In this document: positions 24,120 through 37,430 of the stretch, piece after piece
Layout: every line of letters begins with the position of its first letter
Position numbering within the stretch: position 1 is the stretch's first letter
Origin: Felis catus
Taxonomy: Eukaryota
Length of the DNA stretch: 64,000 nucleotides
NCBI RefSeq assembly: GCF_018350175.1
Contig: NC_058368.1
Location: forward strand, 169,758,001-169,822,000
Direction of reading: 5' to 3'
Made by a program: the position numbers and the translations under genes
The notes under the pieces: model-generated
What the model saw: the letters and a program-made list of their open reading frames with translations, nothing else
What the model was told of the DNA's origin: nothing
The model's database searches: none

Positions 24120-24328
24120 TTTTAACGTTTATTTTTGAGAGAGAGAGACAGACAGACAGACAGCATGAGTTGGGGAGGAGCAGAGAGACAGGGAGAAACA
24201 ATCCGAAGCAGGCTCCAGGCTCTGAGCTGTCAGCACAGAGCCCGACGCTAGGCTCGAACCCACGAACCATGAGATCATGACCTGAGCTGAAGTGAGATGC
24301 ATAACTGACTGAGCCACCCAGGCGCTCC
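24120..24328 (-). mobile_element. Can-SINE (SINEC_Fc)
   Basis: Full-length; TSD ctctctgtatatttaaa (24103-24119) / ctctctgtgtatttaaa (24333-24349). Confidence 0.96.
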
Positions 24329-24739
24329 TCACCTCTCTGTGTATTTAAAGAGCTGCTGCTTTTATAGCTCTCCCCCTCTTCTCTAAGCAGGAAATCTAGA
24401 CACTGGGAGAAGGATATGCAATGTATTTATGATGCTTCACCACCTATGGGTTTACATTGGAGGGCCGGGGTGGTTAAATGAGAGGAGGCACCAGGAATCC
24501 CATGTGGCAGATTCCTGTCCTCGTCATATTATGTTGTGCTAGTGAAGCCTGAGCAGCAGGGTTGAGGACACAGTGCAGGAGCCTGTGAAAGTCAGGATGG
24601 GACTGACACTGTGGGCAGCAGGGTTGTTTTGGGAAAGTCTTTGTGCCTCTATTGTTAAGGGTTAGGAGATAATGTGAGCAAATGAAATCAAAAGGTGAGA
24701 ATCTGAGCATCAGTTTTTTTCTGCTGACATGGCAAATGT

Positions 24740-24900
24740 TTAGCAAGTCCTAAGTCCTATGAGCCTTGGTCTCTGTATCTCTGGTATGGGATAATCATAC
24801 TTAGCCTCCTTCCCTCACAGAATTGTGTCTAGGATCAATGAGATGAAGGCTGTAAAATCAACTGCAAATTGTTAATAAATTTACCAGTATTGGGATTATT
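24740..24900 (+). mobile_element. MIR
   Basis: Core 'gagccttggtctctgtatctctggtatggggataatcatac...ctcacagaattgtgtctaggatcaatgagatgaa'. Confidence 0.65.
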
Positions 24901-25429
24901 GTCACTGTTACCTTATGAAAAGCTGGTATCCTCACCTAATTCCCAGACATACAGAGGTAATTAGACTGTCTACTTTGCTAGATCCTGTTACTACCAGTTA
25001 ACTTTTCTCTTTGGAGAATGGGATTTCATTTCACTCAACAGTCCCAGAGAATAATTAATATGTGTGCCATGCCAAGCGGGACTAACCCCTTTATGGGGAT
25101 TTTATTCCTTGTGGAAGAGTTAGGGAGGAGAAGGGAGGAGGTGTGAGAGGAGTATGCAGACCAGCAGCCTCCCATAGCTCCATTTCACTTGGCATTATTT
25201 TTGGATAAGGCTTGCCCTCTTGGAAAGTCACAGTTTTCCCACATCACCTGCGATCTCAAGCTTCTTCTTTCAGAAAAGTCTTCACCGTCCATCTCTTCAC
25301 AAATACTTATCGAGTCCTTTGGTTTTGCCAAAGAGTAGAGACATAGAATGGAGAACAAAAACAGATGAAGTCTTTGGGTTTACAGAGGTTATATTCTAGA
25401 GGAGAAAATGAACAAAAAACAATGAAAGA

Positions 25430-26114
25430 TACTGGGGAAATATAATTCAAAAATGAAATCTTCTCCCAGCCCAGAAAACCTTCCTACAAAGGTAGTAGGG
25501 ACAGAAAACAGATTTATTATTGAATAAATAGGAAACCAGAATGTGAGGCATATCACATCTCCCAAGAGACTAGAAGGACAGAAAGCAATCTCACCCTTTT
25601 GGTAGCCACGCAGACACCACCCATTAATATATGTTTTCAAGATAAATAACAAGTAGTCCACAAGTAAGAGGACAGCACCATGTGTCACACATAGTTCATC
25701 CTAACTTTACATGGTCATTGGGTGACCGGCCATCAGTTTTAGCCTATTGGCTTTATCCAGAAGAAAAAATTTTCAAACCTTTATGACAGGGGTCAGTTGT
25801 GCAGCTTGGAGCAAAGTGCCCACCAAAGTTAGGGTCTTACCCTCCCACAGAAACTGGGAGATAGGGGGGCTAGCTCCCTTGAGGTTTACCCTCAAAGAGA
25901 TAGAATTCAGGTCTTTGAGAAAGACATTTTCAGGTTATCAAGATGACAAAAGTCTCCTCTAGTTTGCATAAGGTTTTATAAACATTACAAAGGGAGGAGA
26001 GAGTACTTACAAGTTTTCTGAGGTGAATGGTCTATGAAAAAGGAAGCAGGAGACTCTCTCTTTTTCAGCAGGGAGAAAAAAGCCTCTTATTTTGAATTTT
26101 TATTTGTCCTTACA
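25430..26114 (-). mobile_element. ERV1-class solo LTR (MER90-like)
   Basis: Minus strand starts TGTAAGGACAAATAAAAATTCAAAATAAGAGGC and ends 'attatatttccccagta'. AATAAA on the minus strand near 25512. Sits in an L2 remnant. Confidence 0.75.
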
Positions 26115-26388
26115 CAGGTAACTAAGAATTCCAAAAGTGGAAAAAAGACTCAGGAAGAATGCATTTACTTGCAGTTTACTTTTTCTTGCTTATTTGTGAG
26201 TGCTCACTCAAATTAAGGGGTAATATTTGTCTGTCATAGCCTGCACATATATTTTCAGAGTATTTCTTTTGTCTTGCAAGTTCACGGTATATTTTGCACA
26301 AAAACACTAAGGCTCTCTACCCCCTGGAAGATGTGGGAGAAGCTTCAGTGAAATTCCATTTGACTGAAGTGGTTAAAACTTCATTCTG

Positions 26389-26561
26389 GCAGTGCCTGGG
26401 TGGTTCAGTCCATTGAGCATCTGACTTTGGTTCAGGTTGTGATCTCACGGTTCACACGTTTGAGTCCTGCATTGGGCTCACTGCTGTCAGTGTGGAGCCC
26501 GCTTCAGATTCTCTGTCACCCTCTCTTTCGGCGCCCCCCCTCCTGAAAAAAAATAAAAAAA
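26389..26561 (+). mobile_element. Can-SINE (SINEC_Fc family, short 3' region)
   Basis: Perfect 15-bp TSD taaaacttcattctg (26374-26388 / 26562-26576). Confidence 0.95.
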
Positions 26562-27582
26562 TAAAACTTCATTCTGTAAGCAGACAAAGGCTGGAAACTG
26601 GAGGGTGTTGAACCTGGAGCTTGTCCCGACTTTGGACTTAAGGATTGTAGAAACACCTGACAGTGATCATAATCATATTTTAATTTGATCATATTTCAGC
26701 ATTTTAAATCTCAGTACCTTGAAGTCCCAGGACAAAGTAGGTTCTCAGTAAACCTTAGTTGATTTGACAGCTGAATTGTAGAACACTTTGGCCGTATAGA
26801 GAGGGACGAGTGTCATATCAGGGTCAGCTGATGCCTCTGCACATTCCCCCAGATAATTAGCTTCATGAATACTGGTGCCTCAGCATTTTCCTCTCCTCTG
26901 CCAGCCCTCGTGGGAATATCTGAAAAGCACTTTTAACACAGACTTAAGGTTAATGAACATAAAGCAGTATTAATTAAGCTGGCTAAGCTTCCTTCCTATA
27001 TTCTGCCAAATTCTGGAACTTCTGCTAGATAGATCTAGTCTGTGGTAGCCGAATAGGAGAGGGCCCTTTCTATTCTACCACCCCCATCCAAAGCCATGCC
27101 TTCCTGGCTTAATCCCCCAAATCTTTGCAGTCAGTCCGTTTTGCTGATGGTAGGTAGGTACACACGGCTACACCACGGTGTTGTCTGTGGGACACAGCCT
27201 GCTTCTTGCAGTTTGTGGTCATCACCATCTTACTTTCCCTGGATGCTTTTGCTTTGCTGCTTAGGGTCCATTCTGACCCCCTTGTGACCAGACCACTCCC
27301 TTCCCCCAGGAAGCCTCTGGGGGTTTCTCTCTCTCATCAGTTCTCTGAACACCAACCTCCTTTACCAGCCCAGACTCTTACAGCCGTGTGTGCACAACAT
27401 GCATTTTACTTTATCCATGTAGTTAGGATAATAGAGTCGCCTAGAGGTGATCACTGATGCAGAGTATGACAGTGCAAGTCAGCAGGGTCCTGCTTCCTCG
27501 AAAAATCCTCAAGTATCTAATTGTGTTTTTCTGGATTCAACCAATAGTATGTTCATAACTAATCTTACTAGCGATCATGAAA

Positions 27583-27757
27583 AAGGGATGTCCATTTTTC
27601 ACTTTTGTGGAGGCACAAACCCTTTGAAACTACTGAGAAAGAAGAATTTCCCAAAAGACAAGAGGAGCCCATTTAATACAAGGAAACTGCAATTCATACG
27701 AAACTACCCTAGGAGTTCGCAAAGACTCAGGCAACAGCCAAGCTTTAAACATTTAAA
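27583..27757. mobile_element. Possible degenerate hAT MITE (MER103C-like)
   Basis: 'cttttgtggaggcacaaaccctttgaaactactgagaaag...ctaggagttcgcaaagac' loosely matches a recalled consensus; terminal inverted repeats are decayed. Confidence 0.35.
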
Positions 27758-29992
27758 CATTTAGTTAGTTGGCTCTTTGGCATTATGCCACTTCAACATA
27801 CAGATGATTGATTTCATTTTTAAGTCACTTGACCACATCATCCTGATGTTTTGGCATTTTGCCCACAGCCTTGGCATGCAGTGGTTTCAGAGAGAGCTCT
27901 TTACTGCCGTCCCATGGAGAATCAATGAATGGCTGTGGCTGTGAGTTAGGAGGCACTGCTAGCTCTCCCACTAAGCAGGTAAGTGTGGGCACATTGCATA
28001 ATCTGGGGTAAGTTAATTTGTGTGGGCCTCAGTTTCCTCTTTTGACAATTGCAGAAGCCTGTGAATATGGAGCTAACTAGCAAAGAAAATCCGGACGACT
28101 CTGTGAATAATTTAGTATACAGATGAGCATTTGCCTTCTGTGCTGTTTTCATTTTGACTTCTAATGGACTCCCTGACTCACAGGTTCAAGTGAATTACAA
28201 GGAGTTCCACGTCATCCCTGTGAATGAAGACACCTTTATGCTCTCCTGTCCTAGGGCTTAGGAGTCCCTGTGTTTTTGGAATCTAATAAGGGCATTCTTC
28301 ATGAGGCTAATTAAAAGCTTTTGCCCTTACCAACAAAACAGCCTTTAATCAAAAAGCTGAATGTGGAAAAGTTGAATAAATCAGGTACAAAGCAGGATGC
28401 AGATATGGAAGATCAGAGTGGAGATTACCTCAGCTGGCCCCTGGAAGAGCAAATTGTTTTATTGACTTTTCTTCAGCATAGTTCTTGTTCTGCCTTGTAG
28501 GGTTTTTCTTCTTTGCATTTTTTTTTAAATGGAATTTGATGATATATAAGGAAAGCACCAAAGATCTCTGGCCAACACAGCCTCTGACTTGCTAGAGGCA
28601 GAGCTAACTTTGATATTGTACTTTCTAATTACAGGCGAGACTTTCATGGCCTCCCCAGTAAAAGGTACCTACCGCCTTTTCTTTCAGAAAGTAGACAAGG
28701 GTGTAGGCAAGGAAACAAGGGCATCTCAGTATTCCTGGAAATAGGAGCCAGAGATGCTTATATCGGGAGGAATTGCTTGGGCAGTATCTGTCCCTACCCA
28801 GACTTCAGCCTTCCAGGGACAGGAAGAGACGTGGTGAATCCCTCTCTGGAGAATTTCTGAGGAACACACAGGGCCTGAACAAGCCTCGTTTCACAACTTA
28901 ATCAACCCAAGGGATATGAGCAGCAATGCTTTGCCTGGTAGTTATGTAAGATGAAAGGAGTCTCAAAGTCGAATGAAACTGTATTATTCAACTGCTTTCA
29001 TTCACTCTAAAGACATCCTACTCTATAGGTTATGCATGAATTTCTCCCATTTGCAGGAGTAAAGCACAGTAGCCAAAAGTCATCAATGTTTTATAAACTG
29101 TGACTAATCCCCTACACCGTCTCTCTCTCTTCAGTCCCCCCACTTTCCTACTGTTCAGAGATTTTTTTTTTGTATTTTCTGATATTTAGCTGCTACTTTT
29201 CTGTGTTATTATTATTATTTTAAATCACTTGAGACCATGGCATACTGTGGGGTTTAGGATGGATAGGGTTATTAGGAAAGCCTGCTCTCCCAAGCCTTTA
29301 GATTGCTTTGAAATATTTTGCTTGAAAATAGCAACAAATAAATCTGAAGCTCTGCCTTCCAGAAACAGCAGCATAGTGCATTTCCAGGGTCCTTTTGGCT
29401 TTTACTGAGATGTTGCCACCCAAAATAGTGGTGGGCTCATAAATGTTTAGCAAATCATGGTAATGAATGTGGCAAAGACAGACATAGCCAGTGTGTGTTT
29501 TTTTAATCATGCATCATTTAGTACAAAGATGACTCTTGGATGTTTTGGCAAATTAATTTTGAGAAGGGAGAGAGCAGCTGGGCTCTCGCCCACAGAACTA
29601 CACTAGCTGTATCGGCTAATAAAATTGCTGCTGCCTCTGCCTCCTTTGAACACACAAATGGGACTGCAAGACAAAGGGGTTTCTTTGCAGTTTTCCTCCA
29701 GGGTTTTGGTTGAAGCCATGTGGGTCCTTCTCCAGTGTTCTCTACGTTCCAAGAGTTCCTGCCGTGCTGAGTCAGCAACTTAAGGACAGGAATAAGCACC
29801 CATTTCCAAGAGTCATCCTCTCCAATTTAAAAACCAATCACAGTGCCACCTTCTTTGAAATTTGATGAAATATGTACTCCTAGGTATTTCTACAGTTCAA
29901 ATGTAACTCCTCCCCATCGCGCTTTATGTGTGCTTTTTTCTGTGACACCACATGAAAGATCTTACATGGCAGAGAAATTTGCTAGGTGTTGA

Positions 29993-30202
29993 ATTTTTAA
30001 AGAGGTTTATTTATTTTGAGAGAGAGAGAAAAATGCAAGTGGGGGAGGGGCAGAGATAGAGCATGAGAGAGAATCCCAAGCAGGCTCTATGCTCAGTGCA
30101 GACCCTGATGCAAGGCTTGATCCCACAACCCCATCATGACCTGAGCCAAAATTAAGAGCTGGATGCTTAACTGAGTAAGCCACTCAGGCGCACCCCCCCC
30201 CC
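29993..30202 (-). mobile_element. Can-SINE (SINEC_Fc2-like)
   Basis: SINE body on the minus strand; TSD aggtgttga (29984-29992 / 30203-30211). Confidence 0.93.
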
Positions 30203-30498
30203 AGGTGTTGATTTAAAGATAAATAGTCTGCAAGAAAACCACATTTGAAGGAAGTTCCAAATTTAGTTACTCTTCTAAGAAAACATCAGATGGGAAGGAG
30301 AAGGAGATATAAGTTAAAACACACATAAGTGTAAAAATCTTGCTCAGTCTTTGTCTTTCTAATAGCCTTTATGCTAAGGGCTTCCCACAACTCTTCATGA
30401 AGTCTCATCCCCCAGCACAGCTAGCACAGACTAGCCAGCAGGTTTTCTTTTCATCTCCTACACCCCTGCCTCCTCTTTTGTTCTGTTGCCATTCAGTC

Positions 30499-30600
30499 CA
30501 TATATATATGTATATGTATACATATATATATATATAATACATATATATACATATATAATATATATATAATACATATATATATATATACACACACACACAT
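30499..30600. repeat. Imperfect (TA)n/(CA)n microsatellite
   Basis: About 100 bp of ta/taca units ending in (ca)n. Confidence 0.95.
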
Positions 30601-31124
30601 AATATTTCTTTTTTTGCTGCAAGCCCTCGTTTCCCTTGAGTTTTTCTAGTTCTGCCTCTTGTGCATTGCCAGAGTTCTGCAACAACAAATCCCAGGAACA
30701 CCCTTGTTCCTTTATTTAGAGGGCAAAGGAACAGGAGGAGCCAAATGGGCAAAGCCAGAATTTTCTTGCACAGGAGAGAAGAAGAAACGCTGGGAATACT
30801 TATATTTAGTATTTTTTTAATGGCTGCAGTCTTGTCCCCGGGTGCACATGACCTTCTTCTAAAAATACATAAGAAAATCATACCATTTTCTGCCTTTCAG
30901 AAGAGCTATGGGGCACTGGGACTGGATGAGGCTGGGGGTTAGTTTCAGGTATTTTGTAAGATGAAATGTGTCCACTGAGACCTTTAAGACTCGAGTTGGA
31001 GCTAACAAAGAGACTTCAGAAGAATGAAGGCTTTTCACATCCTTTAATACTGCCACTTAATACTAAAATAAAATTTTTAATATTTTGATCAATAGCTCTA
31101 TGACTGTCTTCATATCACTAGGTA

Positions 31125-31280
31125 TCATGATGATACCTAGTATTTTTGGAGAGCTTAATTTGTGTCAGGTGTGTCCAGCAACTTTACGTGTATTAATTAA
31201 TTTACTCTCTATAGCATCCTCATTAGGAACTTCTCTTGCTGTCATTTTTTCATGTAAGAAAACAGCAAAGTGAAGTGACG
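31125..31280 (-). mobile_element. MIR
   Basis: 'gagcttaatttgtgtcaggtgtgtccagcaactttacgtgtattaattaattta...cattttttcatgtaagaaaac'. Confidence 0.7.
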
Positions 31281-32460
31281 AGTGAAGTGGGTTTGGTGCC
31301 AAGTCGCTTGTCTTGCCTAAGCACAAGCCGTGCCTGGCTATGTAGCCTTTAATAAATGGCCAAACAGAACTTAGCCCAGGGCTGCCTCTGGTGGGCTGTC
31401 AGCCAGTTTGCCACCTCTGCTCCACATTTATCTCTATTAGAAACACAGATTGGAAAGTTGCCACTGGCTTCTGATGTCAGATAGCGTGCCATCCAACTAC
31501 ACATTAATAAATAAGGACAGAAAATAGAATCACAGCGTTTGGCCTATCTGTGGCAGACAGACTGGCCCCTGGGGCACCCAGTTTCTGAACAAATTAATGA
31601 AATTTCAATAGCATTATGGTTAGCAGTTTTCAAATCTGGGCATCTGCTGTTTTGTGCCTAGTCCTGTGCTACATAAAGATAATAGGAACAGAAAAGAAAG
31701 GGAAAAATGCTGTTTTCAGTTTCAGAGCCACCTGCAATTTTGTCAGGGAACGTGACAACGCACTGGAAATAACTAATAAGCAGCACGTGGGCACAGTTGA
31801 GTAAGGTTCAGGGTATGCACTTTAGATGATGGGTATTAGAGGAGCTTTGTAGTATGTAATAGAGACTGGACCTGACACACAGGTGCACATGTGGCTGCTG
31901 ATCATTCGAGAGCCCCGGGAAATACATAATGTTATTTCATGTTCACCATTTTCAAAATCTTTAAATATGGCATTGCGTCAAAAATTGGCCAGTAATATTC
32001 TTCCATATTTACTTTGGACTCAAATATGTGTAGATGAGTTAGAACTGGCACTGAAAAAGGAGAGTGTGGCCCTTAGGAGCATCTTTGTCACTTGTTGGAA
32101 GGCTTGGTCATTGTTCTTCTTTGGTTCTGAAATGTCCGATGACACGACATGACCCAAATAGCTAAACCATTCATTTATTCTGTACATAATTAGTAGTTTC
32201 TACTGTGTGCCAGGTTCTCTGCTGGCTTTCTCAGATTTCAGATTCTAGAAGATAAAACACAGAATTTAGTGTCAGGAAATCTCAGTTATAATCCTGGCTC
32301 TCTCCTTAATTTATAGTGAGGCAGAATGAAAGTCAATTTACCTACCTTGGCTTTAACTCCACATTTGTGAATGAGAAATTGGCTACATCTGTTGTTTATA
32401 AACTGTGCTCCATGGATTCTGTGATTTCTTTCTCAAGGTTGCTTGGGGGGTATCCTACAA

Positions 32461-32656
32461 CAGTGGTTCTCAACCAGGGGCACTTCCTCACCCTTCCTTT
32501 TACCCTTAGAGGACATTTGGGGAATCTGTTTGCTATTGGCATCTAGTGGGTAGAGGCCCTGGATGCTGCTAAAAATCCTACAGTGCATGAGGTTGCTCCC
32601 ACAACAAAGGATAATGCAGCCCCCAATGCGGATAGTACCCACGTTGAGAAAACCTG
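32461..32656 (+). mobile_element. MER20 (hAT-Charlie non-autonomous DNA transposon)
   Basis: Terminal inverted repeats cagtggttctcaac / gttgagaaaacctg; internal 'tggcatctagtgggtagaggccctggatgctgctaaaaatcctaca'. Confidence 0.92.
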
Positions 32657-33051
32657 CTGGGGAAGGTGTGTAGAAGCCTGAGCTGGTGGGGCTCTGGGCC
32701 TCTAAGCCACTAACCCCTAAGTACATCTATTTCTGTTTGCTGGGTACAGCAGGAATAAATTTGACAGGCAGTGAACAAATGTGCAAATTTTAATCTTATT
32801 TTCTACCATTGAGCTTAAATGATATCTTAATTCCCCCACTTTGGTTCTCAGTCGATTCAAAGTTTACGCTAAGGTATTTCAAGGTTCTGCTCGTTTCTTT
32901 TTTCTTCTCTTTAGCTCCGAATCTATCTCTGGGGCTTAAAAATCATCCTGGCAGTGGGAAGAAGTGCAGGTCTAGTCCACTGCCACCTTTGATCGTACAC
33001 TCTTTGTCTATGGTCAAACACCCCTCTCTGTTAGTCTTCAGCTTTCAGGGA

Positions 33052-33725
33052 TTTTTTTTTTTTTTGATTCAGTTTGTTTTAGAGCAGTTTAAGTTCATAG
33101 CAAAATTGAAGGGAAGGAAGGTACAGAGATTTTCCATGTACCCCTCTGCCCCCACATGTATAGCCTCCCCCATTATCAACATCCTCACCGGAGTGGTATA
33201 TTTGTTGCAATTGGTAAAGCTACACTGACACATCATAGTCACCCAAAGTCCATAGTTTACCTTAGGGCTCAACTCTTGGTGTTACATTTCTGTGGGTTTG
33301 GACAGATGCATAACGACACAGATCCATCGTTACGGTGTCATACAGAATGTTTTCACTGCCCTGAAAATGCTGTATTCCACTTATTCATCTCTCCTCCTTC
33401 TCAATCCCCAGTAACCATTGGTCTTTTTATTCTCCCCATAGTTTTTCCTTTTCCAGGATGTTATAGAGTTAAAATCATAGTATGTAGCCTTTGCCGATTG
33501 GCTTCTTTCCTTAGTAATATGCATCTAAGCTTTCTCCATGTCATTTCATAGCTTGATAGCTCATTTCTTTCCAGTACTGAATAATATTCCGTTATCTAGA
33601 TATACCACAGTTTACTTACTCAACTACTGAAGGACATATTGGTGGCTTCCAAGTTTGGGCAGTTATGAAGAAAGCTTCTATGGACATCCGTATGCAGGTT
33701 TCTATGTGGACCTAAGTTTTCAACT
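33052..33725 (-). mobile_element. L1 3' end (L1MC1-like)
   Basis: Poly-T, then 'ttttagagcagtttaagttcatagcaaaattga', 'cccaaagtccatagtttac', 'ccacagtttacttactcaactactgaaggaca'. Confidence 0.9.
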
Positions 33726-36700
33726 TGAGTCATCAGTTTCTGTTTTGCTGTTCTTGTCCCTGACTTGTCAGAACCACCAGCTCAGGGGCCTCACAGCATC
33801 CCCAACAGCATGCTATGATCACAGCTGTGATGACACTTCCGGTTCATTCCCTCAGTCACTTGTGTTCCCATTTGGGGGAATAGCTGGAAATTTTCAGATT
33901 TGTTCCCTTACCCTCAGGGCCGTGGAGCCTCAGAGTAGCGCTGTCTCAGACCCTCTGCCTATACCTCACTTGCCACCATTTCTACTCATGGCTCTGGTCT
34001 CATGCTGGAGAAGGGGATTTCTCTGTGAGGCTCTTGGCACCCCTTGCATGTGCCTGAGAAGTGGGGCACATTTTTCTCCCGCTCTCAGACTCCCCAATCC
34101 TGTCTAGATTTCCTTTGCAGGGATCCTGACCAGCAACCCTCTATTGTTATTCCGTCCACCAGCCTTTCCTGCTCCCGGGTGGTTGAAATTTATCTCTTTG
34201 TAAGAGTGGAAAACGGCTCCTACATAATCCGGCATTTTTTCTAACTATATTGTGTATAGTATAAAATTAATGCTTTTATTTTTTTTATCAAAACTGCTAT
34301 TTCAATAAATGCTTTCTTCTTTCGAAATCCCTCCTCTTGAAACAGAAAAACTTGGTCTTTTAAACTATTAATTCTTCCATGAATTAGAAACCCCTAAATG
34401 TAAGACTTGACATCATTGAAACCCAGCAGCATCTGGCTTCTCCTAATGGTATGGAATGCCACTGATTCAGTGGATAGTTACAGTTTCAATGTTTTAAAAT
34501 TTGATCTCCTTAAAAAGGAAAAGGAAAGAAGGAAGGTAAGTAAAAGGAAGGGTTGAAGAGCCCTGGGTGGATGGTCTTTATTCTTATTATTATATCATAA
34601 AGTGATCTGAATATGTGAAGAGCCTGAGTCTCTTATTTATGCCTGTTGCTCTCCTTCCTTGATGTATAATTTTCTTCCCTCAAAAAGCATGGTAAAGAGA
34701 GTCCTCTGGAGTTTTCAGAAGAGAGAAAAGAGATCCTCCCAGGATTTTTCCTTTGAAACTCATTGTCAGTGGGAAAACAGGGTTGGATAATTGGAAACAT
34801 TTTACATAGACATTTGCTAAATACTATTCATGTATCATTCCTACCCAGAGTATTTGCTCCTGATCACCTGGAAATATTCAAAGAGAGTAAAAAAAAAAAT
34901 TCCTAAATGGGAAAAATAATATGATTTCCCAAACTTAGGGATTAAGGAATCTCTCTTTCCCTGAATCTCTCTTATCATCTACCCTACCTATTTATCATCA
35001 TATATGTATTGAATATTTGGTGTAGGTGGCAATTTCTGCCTACATTTAGGACACTGAGATGTAAATCTCCAATGGTGGGACAAGAGTTTAGTTAAAAGGC
35101 ATTGTGTTTCATTCATTTATTCCAAGAATATTTATTGAATGTATTGCTGGGATAAACCCTTTGACCTGGTTTAACATTAGAAGACTATTCTGGTCCTGCC
35201 CAGGTTATTAACTAGTGACATGATTCTGAAAAAAGCCACCTAATTGTTGAATCTTTAAAGCTGAGGGCTATTTCTGTGGTTCTGTTTGGATGGTTAGAAA
35301 TGTGTACCTTTTTCTTCACTAGCCATCCTGGAATACACACACTTTCTTAAAATCTCAGGTGCACATGAATGTAACTCCTACAGTTAATGATGTAAACTGT
35401 CAACGGTTAAATATTCAATCAGTTCTATTTCACTTACATCATCTTATTTAGCAATAATTATCTGATCAGCTGCACACCAAATAACAATTACCAATCTAAC
35501 GAACGCAAGCCATAGAAAACCCAGGAACTAAAATCCATTTTGACTACAAATAAACTTCTGTATTTCAGATAATGTCTAAACTATAACATGTAAATTTTTA
35601 TTTAAGGTAATCTGACAAATAAGACATTTCGGCTGAAAACAAAGTAAAACCAATCTTATTTTCCCTTTTCTTTCCATTTAATTTTCTGAGTTGGGCAAAA
35701 TTTAATCAATGAAGGGTCATGTTGAAAGCTAACACATTTATCTGGTGGTCAGGTTTCTGATTAAAGAAGGAACATTGAACTTTTAGTCAGGACAACATTC
35801 TGGGAAATGTAGCTGTTTGGTCATGTTGCATCTGCTGTTGGAATCATTTATTATGAAATTCATTCATTTAAAAGAAAGTGTAGATAATTAGATTTTCAAG
35901 TCAAAGCTTTGCTGTCCAGTGGGAGCTAGCATTTTAAATCGAGGGGAATTTTGGAAGGGCACATTTATATGGGAATTACTAGGGTCCCAAGGAAAAAGAA
36001 CCTACCTACCATTGCTAAACCACATGGCATGCTACCAAATGTTTCCCTGGAGGTTCACCATCTATGTTAATGCTCATAGTTCTACCTCTTCTTGAAAAAG
36101 GGACTATCCTATTATTGACATTGGGTGATAATTCTCAGGGGTCACATGTTCACATTTACCTTTTTATTAGAGCAACTGATAACTCTACTATCAGCTGACT
36201 GTGTAACTCATTTTCCCTGAAGTTCTGGTTTAAAATAGGACTTTACTGGCAGTCAGATGGAATATGTGTTTGTGTTTAAAAGTGTGGTGTGTGTACCAAT
36301 GCAGGTGAGAAGTGGAAATAATGCATGAGGAGTGCAATATAGATCTTGCTATAGATCCCATTCTTACCCTGCCCACAGTCTGATGGATTGATTGTAATTC
36401 CGATCCCAGAGCTGGCTCTACTTTGGGTAATTATGGGATTCTGGCTAAAGCATTCACTTACTCTCTCTTTCTTGCCAAGGTATTTGATGAGGATCGTGAT
36501 GTGCTCCAAAGCAGTTTCTGTTGCTATTAGTCAACATATAGTAAACACCTAGTCTAGTAGGTTTTCTGCAAGCATGAACAAGCCAGGAGTTATGCCCTTT
36601 AAAAATTCACGTGCCTTTAAGATGAATAAATAAAAATAACTTTGTCGTGTACCACTATCATCTGAAATTTCATTCATACCAGATAGTGTCATGGTGTTCT

Positions 36701-37253
36701 GTTATTACAGATTCGATATTGACTGGAGTTGCCTCTAGATCCCTATCACCTAGATGTTACGTAGGTGAGGAATATAATACTTGGCTAGATCACTTAGATG
36801 CTCCTGCTTCACATATTCTGTTCTTATGGAGAGGTCTGAATGCCTTAGCATTTAAAGTGAACACATTCAAGAATCATCTTTTGAACTAATATGACAAAAT
36901 CTATGGAAGAATATGACTGCACTTGTTTCTTCTCCCTAAATGTTCATTTACTCAGAAACAGCACAGAAGAGAGTTTATGGATCATTTGAAGCATATCAGG
37001 ATCTGTTTAGTGTAGAGTGGCAGTTGGGGCTACATATTTTCAACTGTGGAAAAGGAAATTAATAAGAGATGGAGATAATCATGGCTTCTATGGAAGTCAG
37101 CCTGCCATACAGGTATGACTGCCTCCCACTGAGGTTTACACAACTAGATAAGCTCAGATCTGATTGTCTTGCACTTTTTTGCAGAGGCCTGTCACAATGC
37201 AATGGGATCAGGATGTATCAAAGCACCGTCCACCCCCACAGGTCAAAATATTC

Positions 37254-37430
37254 TAATACCTTGTATTTATGTAGCACCTGGCTCTAGGGACCTCGCAGTG
37301 CTGACACACAACATTACTCCCTGATTACATTTTGCAAGCCCCTGCAGCAATTGGGTGACCGCTGTGCAAACCCAGCCGTAACAGCCTGCTCTGAGTGTGG
37401 AAACAGAACAGTACTTGGAAATTCAGCCCC
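37254..37430 (-). mobile_element. Candidate ancient SINE relic (AmnSINE1/DeuSINE-type 3' tail)
   Basis: The minus strand ends 'tgtcagcactgcgaggtccctagagccaggtgctacataaatacaaggtatta', resembling the recalled tail TGTAAAGCGCTTTG...AGGCGCTATATAAATGTAAG. Upstream similarity is patchy. Confidence 0.4.

Noticed and set aside
26343..26369. Small hairpin cttcagt-g-aaat-tcc-attt-g-actgaag
   Set aside because: Too short for a pre-miRNA and plausible by chance in 64 kb.
30405..30881. Longest ORF (158 aa, minus strand)
   Set aside because: It runs through the (TA)n repeat (YIYI stretch), has no recognisable domain and shows no exon structure.
33655..34107. 150-aa ORF
   Set aside because: Starts inside an antisense L1 3'UTR; no recognisable homology.
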